Translations under genes and position numbers: made by a program
Assembly (NCBI GenBank): GCA_964022095.1
Contig: CAXHZO010000010.1
Coordinates: 16,010-80,009 of the forward strand
From: an uncultured Arcobacteraceae bacterium
GTDB taxonomy: Bacteria; Campylobacterota; Campylobacteria; Campylobacterales; Arcobacteraceae
Direction of reading: 5' to 3'
DNA: 64,000 bases
Part shown: one piece after another, positions 10,490-19,103 of the stretch
Position numbering within the stretch: the first letter of the stretch is position 1
Layout of the letters: each line of letters starts with the position of its first letter
Notes under the pieces: generated by a model
What the model was told of the DNA's origin: nothing
Database searches by the model: none
The model's input: the letters and a program-made list of their open reading frames with translations, nothing else

Positions 10490-13400
10490 ATGACAATATC
10501 ATTTTTACATATATCAGACTTACATTATGAATCTAGAAAATCAGAAACTTTTGAGGAATTAAGAAATAAAATTTTAAGTGTATTAAGTAATAGCAATAAA
10601 AGTATAAATTTTATTGTTTTTTCTGGTGACTTAGTTCAAAAGCCTTTAGAAAATGAATCTAATAATGCTTTTGAGACTTTTATAGAACCAATTATTAAAC
10701 AATTTGGTTTAGATAATAATTCATTAATTTTTACTAATGGTAATCATGATGTTGATATCACTAAAAGAGATAAATATGCTTTTAGTGGTTTTTTAAATCA
10801 TCTCAATAGTCCAGAAAGAAAAAATGTAATAAAAGATTTATTGAATTTTGATATAAATTTTCCTGAACACCAAGATTTTGTAGAGTTTATAGGTTCTCTA
10901 AACCAAAATATAGTTATTGAGAATAATGTGTATTATTCGACTTATAAAAAGAATGTTAATGGTGTGGAAATAGGTTTTGTCTCAATAAATTCAAGTTTAT
11001 TAATGCAGACGAGTAAAAAAGATTTTGGTAATCTTTTAATTATTGAAGAAATATTAGAAAAAGCTATGAAAGATATAATCTCTACAAACATGAAAATTCT
11101 TAATATTCATCACCCCCTTAATTGGTTTAAAAATTATAAAGAAATAGAAAAAATTATATTAGATAAATTTAATATTGTATTTTATGGACATGAGCATGAA
11201 CATGATGGTAAATATACTATTGATACATATAATAGAGATATTTTAAATTTACATGCCCAATCTATGTATCATCAATCTGACTTACCTGATGGATTTGCCA
11301 TTTATGATTACAATATACATGATGAAGAAATAGAAATAACAAAATATATGTATAGTAAAGCGCATAATAATTATGACAAATTAGATACAAATAAAATACA
11401 AAATATTGACTTACTTAAAAAATCTAAATCAATTAGAAATCAAAATATATGTACAAAAATAAAAGAACCTTTAAAAGAACATATTAATAAATTTTTGGCA
11501 ATAAATTTGACATCAGATATACAAAAAGAAGATATTGAAGAAATATATACACATCAAAAAATTACCGAAGATGATGAAAATAATTCTGATGAAAGAAAAA
11601 AACATCTTGAAATGAATGAAAAAGAATTTTCTCTTAAGGAGTTAATTGAATCTAATGATAATTTACTATTTTTAGGTAAAAAGGAAATTGGTAAGACAAC
11701 TTTATTAAATAGTATTAATATTAATTACATTAGTAATTATGGTGAAAAAATCCCTATTTATATCTTATCAAGTGAATTAATTCATGAAAAGAGCGAATAT
11801 ATAATTTTTGCAAAAATCTCAGATTATTTAAAGAAATTTTATGGTGAGCATAAATTTAAAATTAATGATATGATAAAAGAAAAGAGATTTTTACTATTAA
11901 TTGATAATATTCAATACTTAGAAAATGAAATGGTTGATAAGTTGCTATCTTTTGAAAATCAAATTTTTGCAACATACAGAATTAAAGATTATGACAATAT
12001 TTATTCAAAACTTAATCATTTTAATTTAAAAAGTAATAGTTTAAACAAGTTTAAGAAACTCAAGATACATCCCTTTAGACAAAAAGATAGTAATGAACTT
12101 ACAAAAAAAATTGTTCCAATAGAAACATCTAAGCAAATTTCATCTAATGTAAAAAAAGCAATGAATAAATTAAGTTTGCCATCAAATCCTTTTTTAACTA
12201 CATTATTAATATGGATGTATAGAGATAAAATTGAAATAAAGGATAGTGAACCAGAAATAATTGAAGTACTTTTAGATTATTTACTAGAAAAATCTGATGT
12301 AAAAAGAAATTTTGATTCAAGAATTAATTTTGAGAACAAAAAAAATATATTATCTGCAATTGCTTATAAATTTTATGAACAAAAAAGTTTATCTTTAGAT
12401 GAAAATATAATTTTAGAAACAATTATTACTTATATAAAAACATATTTTGCTTTTCAAATTAATGCAAAAGATATATTAGACTATTTTTATGATAGAAGAA
12501 TTTTTATATGTAATTTAGGACAAATACAATTTACATATAGAGTCTTTTATTATTACTTTATTTCTCTATTTATGATAAAAAATAATGATTTTTATAAGAC
12601 AATTTTTGATAATGAGTTATTAATTACAAATATGCATGATGAACTTAAATTTTATTCAGCATTAAAAAATGATGATTTGTCTGCAATTAGTAAAATCGAA
12701 AATATTATTAGTAAATCCATATTTAACAAAAAATTAAAAAAAGTTAATATTGAATTACCTATGAATTATACTTTTACTATCAATGATTTGGGAGAATTAC
12801 ATCCTAAACAAACTATAAGTGAAGAAAATGAATCTGAAGATTTAGAAATAAAAATATCAAATGATGAAAAAGACTTCATTGATAAAATTGATTCAATAAA
12901 CACTGATCATAGAGAAAATCATATTGAAAGGTTTAATAATGAAAACGAGTTGGTAAGTATATTTCTCCAAAATAAAGAAGAATATTTTGTTTTAAATTTA
13001 ATTTATTCTGAATTTATTAAAAATTTAACAAATGTTAATGTAAAAATACAGAATGAATATGTTGTGAATTCAATTAGAAATATAAGTAATATTACAAGAT
13101 ATTGGTTTTCTAAAATTAATGATGAAGAAGTAAGTCAAAGATTTTTAAATAGAAAAGTAAAGGAATTTAAAATTGATTTAGATTTAAAAAGAATTGTTGA
13201 TTTAAAAGAACTTATAAAATCAAATATTTTAGCTATTTTTACAGAAGTAATAGAAATTAGTTTGTGTACACCAACTATGATAGAAATTTACAAAGAGAAT
13301 TATAATAAATCAGATGATATTTTCCTTAAATACTATTTTTTAATATTTATTATTGAAACTGATGAAGAAAACATTTTTCTAGAATACATAAAGTCTTTTA

Positions 13401-13630
13401 TTAAACATTCAAAAATGAATAAAACTTTTATATATATTTTGTATGGAAAACTTGTTCATGATTTTGTTAATAAGAATTTTTCTTCAAAAACAAAAAATGA
13501 GATTAAGAGTATTTTGATTTATCTTGAATTAAATCTAAATTCAGCTATAAATGATAGTTCAGGTACTAATAAATCAATAGCTAAAAACAAAGTAGAAAAT
13601 GACTTAAAAATAAAAAAAATGTTAAGTTAA
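10490..13630 (+). CDS. Metallophosphoesterase fused to a STAND/NACHT-like NTPase (candidate anti-phage protein)
   Basis: HISDLH, FSGDL, GNHD, HHP and GHEH calcineurin-like motifs; GKKEIGKTT Walker A and LLLIDN Walker B; long helical C-terminus. Confidence 0.85.
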   Translation: MTISFLHISDLHYESRKSETFEELRNKILSVLSNSNKSINFIVFSGDLVQKPLENESNNAFETFIEPIIKQFGLDNNSLIFTNGNHDVDITKRDKYAFSGFLNHLNSPERKNVIKDLLNFDINFPEHQDFVEFIGSLNQNIVIENNVYYSTYKKNVNGVEIGFVSINSSLLMQTSKKDFGNLLIIEEILEKAMKDIISTNMKILNIHHPLNWFKNYKEIEKIILDKFNIVFYGHEHEHDGKYTIDTYNRDILNLHAQSMYHQSDLPDGFAIYDYNIHDEEIEITKYMYSKAHNNYDKLDTNKIQNIDLLKKSKSIRNQNICTKIKEPLKEHINKFLAINLTSDIQKEDIEEIYTHQKITEDDENNSDERKKHLEMNEKEFSLKELIESNDNLLFLGKKEIGKTTLLNSININYISNYGEKIPIYILSSELIHEKSEYIIFAKISDYLKKFYGEHKFKINDMIKEKRFLLLIDNIQYLENEMVDKLLSFENQIFATYRIKDYDNIYSKLNHFNLKSNSLNKFKKLKIHPFRQKDSNELTKKIVPIETSKQISSNVKKAMNKLSLPSNPFLTTLLIWMYRDKIEIKDSEPEIIEVLLDYLLEKSDVKRNFDSRINFENKKNILSAIAYKFYEQKSLSLDENIILETIITYIKTYFAFQINAKDILDYFYDRRIFICNLGQIQFTYRVFYYYFISLFMIKNNDFYKTIFDNELLITNMHDELKFYSALKNDDLSAISKIENIISKSIFNKKLKKVNIELPMNYTFTINDLGELHPKQTISEENESEDLEIKISNDEKDFIDKIDSINTDHRENHIERFNNENELVSIFLQNKEEYFVLNLIYSEFIKNLTNVNVKIQNEYVVNSIRNISNITRYWFSKINDEEVSQRFLNRKVKEFKIDLDLKRIVDLKELIKSNILAIFTEVIEISLCTPTMIEIYKENYNKSDDIFLKYYFLIFIIETDEENIFLEYIKSFIKHSKMNKTFIYILYGKLVHDFVNKNFSSKTKNEIKSILIYLELNLNSAINDSSGTNKSIAKNKVENDLKIKKMLS

Positions 13631-13646
13631 TTATTATAATTATAGT

Positions 13647-14642
13647 ATGAATAAATTATCAATAGAAAACACATTACTAGAATTCAATAATGAAATTAAA
13701 AAAACTGGAAGTATTGAAAAGGCATTTGTAAATTATCTTAATGAACAATTTAAAGAATTTGATGGATTAATTGATTATGAGAATTACAAAAAACAGATAT
13801 TTGGCCAATTTAAAACATCTCAAACTTTACATTTAATTTTCTCAAAAAAAGAAATTCATAATACTTTGGCTAATACTTTATCTCAATATGATTATGAATT
13901 TCTAGATGAACAAATAGAAGTATTTAATTATTTAGTTCAATATGATAAAGCTTGTATAATTGATGATCAAAAAAAATATTACAGATTAAATACACTCTTA
14001 TGTAAAGTATTTGAACACTTAGAAGCTTTAGAAAAATGGCATGAGCTTGAAAAATCAGAAGATATACTAAAAAAAGGAATAGCTAGAACTCCTCATCCTA
14101 TTGTTTCAGATGCTATTAAACCAAGAATAAAAACGATAAATGATTCTTTAGAATTAAATCCTATACAATCAAATGAAATAATGTTAAATATCTATAATGA
14201 GTTTGAGAGTAATCCTTTAGAAATAACTGCTATGTATAATTCATTGCAGCATTTAAAAAAAGAAAATTTCTTAATTGATGAAAAGCAAAATTTAGAAACT
14301 TTATTTAATCAACAAACTTTTTTAAACTCTGCAAAAATACTGGAAGATACACATATCTTTAATAGTTGTAAAATTACATCATATTTATTATATAAAGAAA
14401 AAACTATTATTGATTTATCCTTACAATTAAATAAACATATCCCTTATACTCAATTATCAAAATATATGAATACTCTAATAGATTCTTTTTTTGATTATGA
14501 ATATAAATCTAATTTATCTAAAAAACATATTGAAAAAGAAGTCCAATTAAAAACACATTTTAATAATTTAGAAATACTAGAATTTAGAACTAAAATGAAC
14601 TATCAAGAACATCCTATATTTAATGATATTAAATTTGGCTAG
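13647..14642 (+). CDS. Hypothetical protein (331 aa)
   Basis: Long ORF 16 bp downstream of the STAND gene; no motif recognised. Confidence 0.7.
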   Translation: MNKLSIENTLLEFNNEIKKTGSIEKAFVNYLNEQFKEFDGLIDYENYKKQIFGQFKTSQTLHLIFSKKEIHNTLANTLSQYDYEFLDEQIEVFNYLVQYDKACIIDDQKKYYRLNTLLCKVFEHLEALEKWHELEKSEDILKKGIARTPHPIVSDAIKPRIKTINDSLELNPIQSNEIMLNIYNEFESNPLEITAMYNSLQHLKKENFLIDEKQNLETLFNQQTFLNSAKILEDTHIFNSCKITSYLLYKEKTIIDLSLQLNKHIPYTQLSKYMNTLIDSFFDYEYKSNLSKKHIEKEVQLKTHFNNLEILEFRTKMNYQEHPIFNDIKFG

Positions 14643-14754
14643 TGACTCACTAGTTAAATTAACTATCTAATAAAATCTATTTCATATAAACTTCCCTTAT
14701 CGATATCGAATAAAACAAAGAGCTCTTTGTAAATTAAATTACAAAGGATTAAAA

Positions 14755-15018
14755 ATGATTACATTAAAAGGTCATTTACTAAATATTATTCCAAAAACGG
14801 AATATAAAAAAGATGGAGAAAATTTAGCAACTCCAGTAAAAGCTAAACTACAAATTTTAGTAGAAAATAAAAGAGCAAATGGAGTCTTAGTTAAAGACTT
14901 ACATACTATTTCTATTCCTGATGAAAAGATTCTTATGTACAAAGATAAGATAGGTAAAGAAGTAAGTGTAGAAGTTGGAATTATGTCAAAAGATAAAATT
15001 AGTTTCTATGGTGTCTAA
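14755..15018 (+). CDS. Small putative single-stranded DNA-binding (OB-fold, inovirus pV-like) protein
   Basis: 87 aa, beta-rich pattern, directly upstream of the rolling-circle Rep; SD AAGGA. Confidence 0.6.
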   Translation: MITLKGHLLNIIPKTEYKKDGENLATPVKAKLQILVENKRANGVLVKDLHTISIPDEKILMYKDKIGKEVSVEVGIMSKDKISFYGV

Positions 15019-15084
15019 AGAAGAAAAAAGACTTATTGTAAGGCTACTTACAAAAAGTTTTTTTCTTCTTTGACAATTAAAAAA

Positions 15085-15110
15085 TAAGGGGTTTATAGTA
15101 ACACCCCTTA
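15085..15110 (+). other. Candidate double-strand origin (nick-site hairpin)
   Basis: TAAGGGGT-TTATAGTAAC-ACCCCTTA, 8-bp stem, 24 bp before the rep start. Confidence 0.6.
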
Positions 15111-15134
15111 CTAAACGTCAAAGAAAGGATAAAG

Positions 15135-16504
15135 ATGAATGAAGTTAAAAAAATCTTCGGTATAGATTCACTTTATTACTTCTGTGAATCAAATGATGAT
15201 TATGATGATTTGTATCTAGAAATATTAGACCAAATAGAAGATATTAAAGGTAAATACCAAAAGAAAGAAATTGAGTTTGAAAATAGAGATATTACTATTA
15301 AAGTAAATGATGTACCTTTACACTTTCTTGGTAAAGCTGAAGGATATCATTGGTTTGTAGATACTAATGAATATTTTAAAATAGGTTTTAAAGATAAATA
15401 CAAAAATAGAGGTTTAAATGATATTAGAGTTCAACTTCTTGGAGTTGGTATTTATTCAATAGGAATAAAATCACTAATTGAGTTTATAAATAAAGAATTA
15501 CTAAAAGAGTATGTAACTGGATACTTTCCAATTACTAGAGCAGATTTAAACTGTTTTATACAATATGACTTTAGCTTTGTAACTAAAGAGATGTTTGTAT
15601 CTAAAAAAAAGAAATATTCAACTATTAGTGAAATAGGTAGTTCAACTACAACACAAACTTTGTATGTAGGAAAAGAGCCATTTAAACTAAGACTTTATAA
15701 TAAAAAAGAAGAGTTAAAAAAGTCAAAGAAAAAAAATTTGATGTATGAATACTTTTCAAATCATGGATTTGATTTAGAAGATGAAATATTTAATGTTGAA
15801 TTTGAAATACATAGAACTCATATAAAACTATTTGGAATAGATTCATTAGATGATTTCTTTAAACATGCAGTTAGATTATTTCAATTTAGTATGAATGATA
15901 TAAGACTAATAGATATTAATTCATTAAGTGATAATGCAGTAGAGCATAACAATAAAAGAAGAGCAGATACTTTACCAATATGGGATGAGATACAAAGAGA
16001 GTTTAATTTAAAAGAATTTTTACAATCTTCTTTACCATTAGAAAGAATTAAAAGAAAAATATCTATTTATGATGATAATAAGTTTGAATATGAGTTTATA
16101 GTTTTAATTAGAAAAGCAATAATAAATGATTTAAATCTAGATAGAGACTATTTAAACCATTTATATGAAAAAGGAAAAGATAGTTTAAAAAGACTACTAC
16201 ACCAAAGCAATTAAAACAAGATTATATAGATATAGAGTTTGTACATGAAGATGGAAAAGTAGAGAAATATAGACAATTAGATAATGGAGAGATAATTAAA
16301 CCATTAAGAACTTTAACTGTAGCAAAACTGAGTGATTATGATTTACATAGATATTTAGAAAAAGTTACCCAAGTTCAACACTTATCTACTAGAAACAAAC
16401 ATATATTTGAGGTAGCTTATAAAGAGGCTATGCATAGAGGATTAATTCCTAGTATTAATCCTACTGAATCATTAGAAGATGAAGAAGATAGGCTAGATTT
16501 TTGA
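15135..16504 (+). CDS. Rolling-circle replication initiator (Rep_trans family); 0-frame stop at 16214, -1 frame continues to 16504
   Basis: ITRADL, TLYVG, RLYNKK (putative catalytic Tyr), NVEFE motifs; T-TTA-AAA at 16184-16190 precedes a 104-codon open -1 frame. Confidence 0.8.
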
Positions 16505-16584
16505 TACTTTTTTAAAAAGTATATACAGACATAAGGGAATTTATTTCCCTTGCTTAAACAGATTATGAAAGGAGTGTAAAAACA

Positions 16585-16890
16585 ATGGAAATATCATTTG
16601 AGAATTTAAAAAAAATTGACACTATATTAGAAAAATTAGAACTACTAGAAAATAAAGTAACTAGTGAAAAAAGGTGGCTTAATACAAAAGAAGCTTCACA
16701 TTATTTAGGTTATTCACAAGACCATATACACAAACTAAAAGAGAATTATTTTATTGAAAGTAAACACTATTTTAAAAAAGCTGGAAGAATTTTATTTGAT
16801 AAACTAGAACTTGATATATGGGTTAAAAACTCATATTGTGAAGTTAATCCAGGTCAAATCGTAGATTCTATATTGAAGGATTTAAAATGA
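16585..16890 (+). CDS. Excisionase-like HTH protein
   Basis: RWLNTKEASHYLGYS...GRILFDKLELDIW, directly upstream of the integrase. Confidence 0.85.
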   Translation: MEISFENLKKIDTILEKLELLENKVTSEKRWLNTKEASHYLGYSQDHIHKLKENYFIESKHYFKKAGRILFDKLELDIWVKNSYCEVNPGQIVDSILKDLK

Positions 16891-16953
16891 TTTTTAGTAA
16901 AATAAAAAGTTCAAGAAGTTCATTTTTATTGGTGTTTTTTCTAAGGAGAAAAC

Positions 16954-18039
16954 ATGATTAATATGACACAACCAAAAATTTACACTAGAGGTAATAAACT
17001 TTGGGTAAATTTCAGTTTTGAGGGAAAATATATTAGAAAGTCTTTAAATTTAGAAGACAACAAAACTAATAGAAAACTTGCCCAAAACCAAATAATTCCA
17101 CAATTGATATTAAAAATATATAGTGGAGAGTTCTTTGAAAAAAATATTGTTCCCATTTTAAATGAATATTCTAGTGTTTCTTTTGAGCAACATAGACATG
17201 AAAGAAAGATTACAACTAATACGGACTATCAAAATATTTACAATAAGCATATCAAACCAACTTTTGGAAATAGAAAGCTTGATAAGATTAGAGTTAGTGA
17301 AGTTAATATTTGGAAAAATAAACTTTATAAAGAACTTGGACTTTCTTCAAAGAGAGTAAATGATATTAAAAAGATATTTTGTACTATATTAGAAGATGCA
17401 GTAAGAGATGAAATTATAGTTTCTAATCCCGTTTCAAAGTCTAGACCACTTCCAGTTCATCAAGAAAAAGAGATTCATCCTTTTTCTTTAGAAGAAATAA
17501 AACTTATTATAAATACTGCAAAAGGTCAGGATAAGAATTTGATAGCAACTCTTTTTATGACTGGTATGAGAACAGGAGAGCTAATAGGTCTTAAATGGAA
17601 AGATATAGATTTTGATAAAAGAGAAATTTCAATAAGTCGAACTATTGGTAGAGGTATTGAAGGTACTCCAAAAACTATGTCAAGTTATAGAACTATTCCT
17701 ATTTTAGATTCTTTATATCCATATTTAGTAAATCAATATACTTTGACTTCAGAAGAAAATACTTATGTATTTTTGAATGATAAAGGAAATCACTATTTTG
17801 ATTCTAAAAATATTAGAGCAGGGCTTTGGAAAAAAATTTTAAAACATTCAGGTGTTAAGTATAGAACGGTTTATCATACTAGACATACTTTTTGTTCTAT
17901 TAACTTACAAAATGGAGAAGATATTATTTGGATATCAAAAGTTTTAGGACATAAAAATCCTAGAGTTACATTAGAAAAATATTCAAAATATATTCCTACA
18001 AATGGAAACAAAAAAACAATTTTTGATAGTTTAAATTAG
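16954..18039 (+). CDS. Tyrosine integrase
   Basis: TGMRTGE, PKT, YHTRHTF, LGH, KY catalytic residues; adjacent to att. Confidence 0.95.
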   Translation: MINMTQPKIYTRGNKLWVNFSFEGKYIRKSLNLEDNKTNRKLAQNQIIPQLILKIYSGEFFEKNIVPILNEYSSVSFEQHRHERKITTNTDYQNIYNKHIKPTFGNRKLDKIRVSEVNIWKNKLYKELGLSSKRVNDIKKIFCTILEDAVRDEIIVSNPVSKSRPLPVHQEKEIHPFSLEEIKLIINTAKGQDKNLIATLFMTGMRTGELIGLKWKDIDFDKREISISRTIGRGIEGTPKTMSSYRTIPILDSLYPYLVNQYTLTSEENTYVFLNDKGNHYFDSKNIRAGLWKKILKHSGVKYRTVYHTRHTFCSINLQNGEDIIWISKVLGHKNPRVTLEKYSKYIPTNGNKKTIFDSLN

Positions 18040-18107
18040 TACTCGTACAATTTTATCACAGTTGAAAAATTTTACTATTGAAAAGCCGTTGTATCGGGGA
18101 TTAAAAG

Positions 18108-18129
18108 ATACATGGTGCGAATGGTGAGA
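18108..18129 (+). repeat. att site, right boundary of element 1 (overlaps the tRNA-Leu 3' end)
   Basis: Identical to 10131-10152. Confidence 0.95.
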
Positions 18130-18199
18130 ATCGAACTCACACTCCGAAACCGGAATGGGATTTTAAGTCCCACGCGTCTACCTATTCCGCCACACTCGC
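18113..18199 (-). tRNA. tRNA-Leu(TAA)
   Basis: GCGAGTGTGGCGGAATAGGTAGACGC...GGGAC-TTAAAA-TCCC, long variable arm, GTTCGATTC, CCA end. Confidence 0.96.
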
Positions 18200-18220
18200 A
18201 CATGTGTATAATATTTAAAG

Positions 18221-18296
18221 TGGTGGTTCGAGGCAGAATCGAACTGCCGACACAAGGATTTTCAATCCTTTGCTCTACCGACTGAGCTATCGAACC
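18221..18296 (-). tRNA. tRNA-Phe(GAA)
   Basis: GGTTCGATAGCTCAGTCGGTAGAGC, AAGGA-TTGAAAA-TCCTT, CCA end. Confidence 0.97.
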
Positions 18297-18309
18297 AAAC
18301 TTTAATAAA

Positions 18310-18394
18310 TGGTGGTGAGAGAAGGATTCGAACCTTCGAAGCCGTAGGCGGCGGATTTACAATCCGCAGGATTTGACCACTCTCCAACCTCACC
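18310..18394 (-). tRNA. tRNA-Tyr(GTA)
   Basis: GCGGA-TTGTAAA-TCCGC anticodon arm, long variable arm, CCA end. Confidence 0.96.
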
Positions 18395-18421
18395 ATAAAA
18401 ATGATTTAACTTAAACTAACG

Positions 18422-18496
18422 TGGATGGGGTAGCAGGGATCGAACCTGCGAATAACGATACCAAAAACCGTTGCCTTACCACTTGGCGATACCCCA
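18422..18496 (-). tRNA. tRNA-Gln(TTG)
   Basis: TGGGGTATCGCCAAGTGGTAAGGC, ACGGT-TTTTGGT-ATCGT, CCA end. Confidence 0.95.
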
Positions 18497-18570
18497 TTAA
18501 TTTAAGTGGGTGAAATTATAATATCAGTTAAATTAAATCTAGCTAAAATTATCAACGGTTTTTTATAAAT

Positions 18571-18945
18571 TTAGAAATTAAATGCTAAATTTAGTTTTGT
18601 TTGCTCTTTTTCATGATTATGTGAAATAAAAATCGATGTATTATTGTTTACATAGTTAGATAGTATTGCACCACTTAAAGATCCAGCTATGTCAAAAGCT
18701 AAATCACTTGTTGAAAATTTATCATCTGTTAATTCTTTTGCAAGTCCAGGAATTGTTCCTAATAATGTTCCTAATGCAATTTTATCAAAATCATCATATT
18801 GATAATACTCTTTATGTATTATTGTTTCAGCTGTAAAACCAAATGCTGCTGATAATACGAAATGTTTACCTGAATTTGTATCTGCTGCATTTAAACTGAT
18901 AAATGAACTAAGTCCTAAAATTAAAATAGATTTTTTTATATTCAT
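18571..18945 (-). CDS. Exported hypothetical protein (YfiM/DUF2279-like)
   Basis: Signal peptide; KHF..SA, KELTD..FSTSDLAFDIAG pattern; C-terminal Phe. Confidence 0.6.
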   Translation of the reverse strand: MNIKKSILILGLSSFISLNAADTNSGKHFVLSAAFGFTAETIIHKEYYQYDDFDKIALGTLLGTIPGLAKELTDDKFSTSDLAFDIAGSLSGAILSNYVNNNTSIFISHNHEKEQTKLNLAFNF

Positions 18946-19103
18946 CTTCTTACCTTATATTTTTTTATTTATTATAGCATTTTAATAATTAGATGAGTTC
19001 TTTTTGATCCAAAATTCTTATTTTTAATAATATAGTTTAAATTATCTTGTTTTTATGGTATTATTTGTTAAAATATAAAATTATTTATTTAAAAAGGTCA
19101 GAT

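Larger units (their letters stand above)
10131..18129. mobile_element. Integrative rolling-circle-type element inserted in the 3' end of tRNA-Leu(TAA)
   Basis: 22-bp direct repeat ATACATGGTGCGAATGGTGAGA at both ends; integrase, Xis-like, Rep_trans and SSB-like genes inside. Confidence 0.92.

Noticed and set aside
10131-18129. Complete prophage or inovirus
   Set aside because: No recognisable coat, Zot/pI, capsid, terminase or lysis genes
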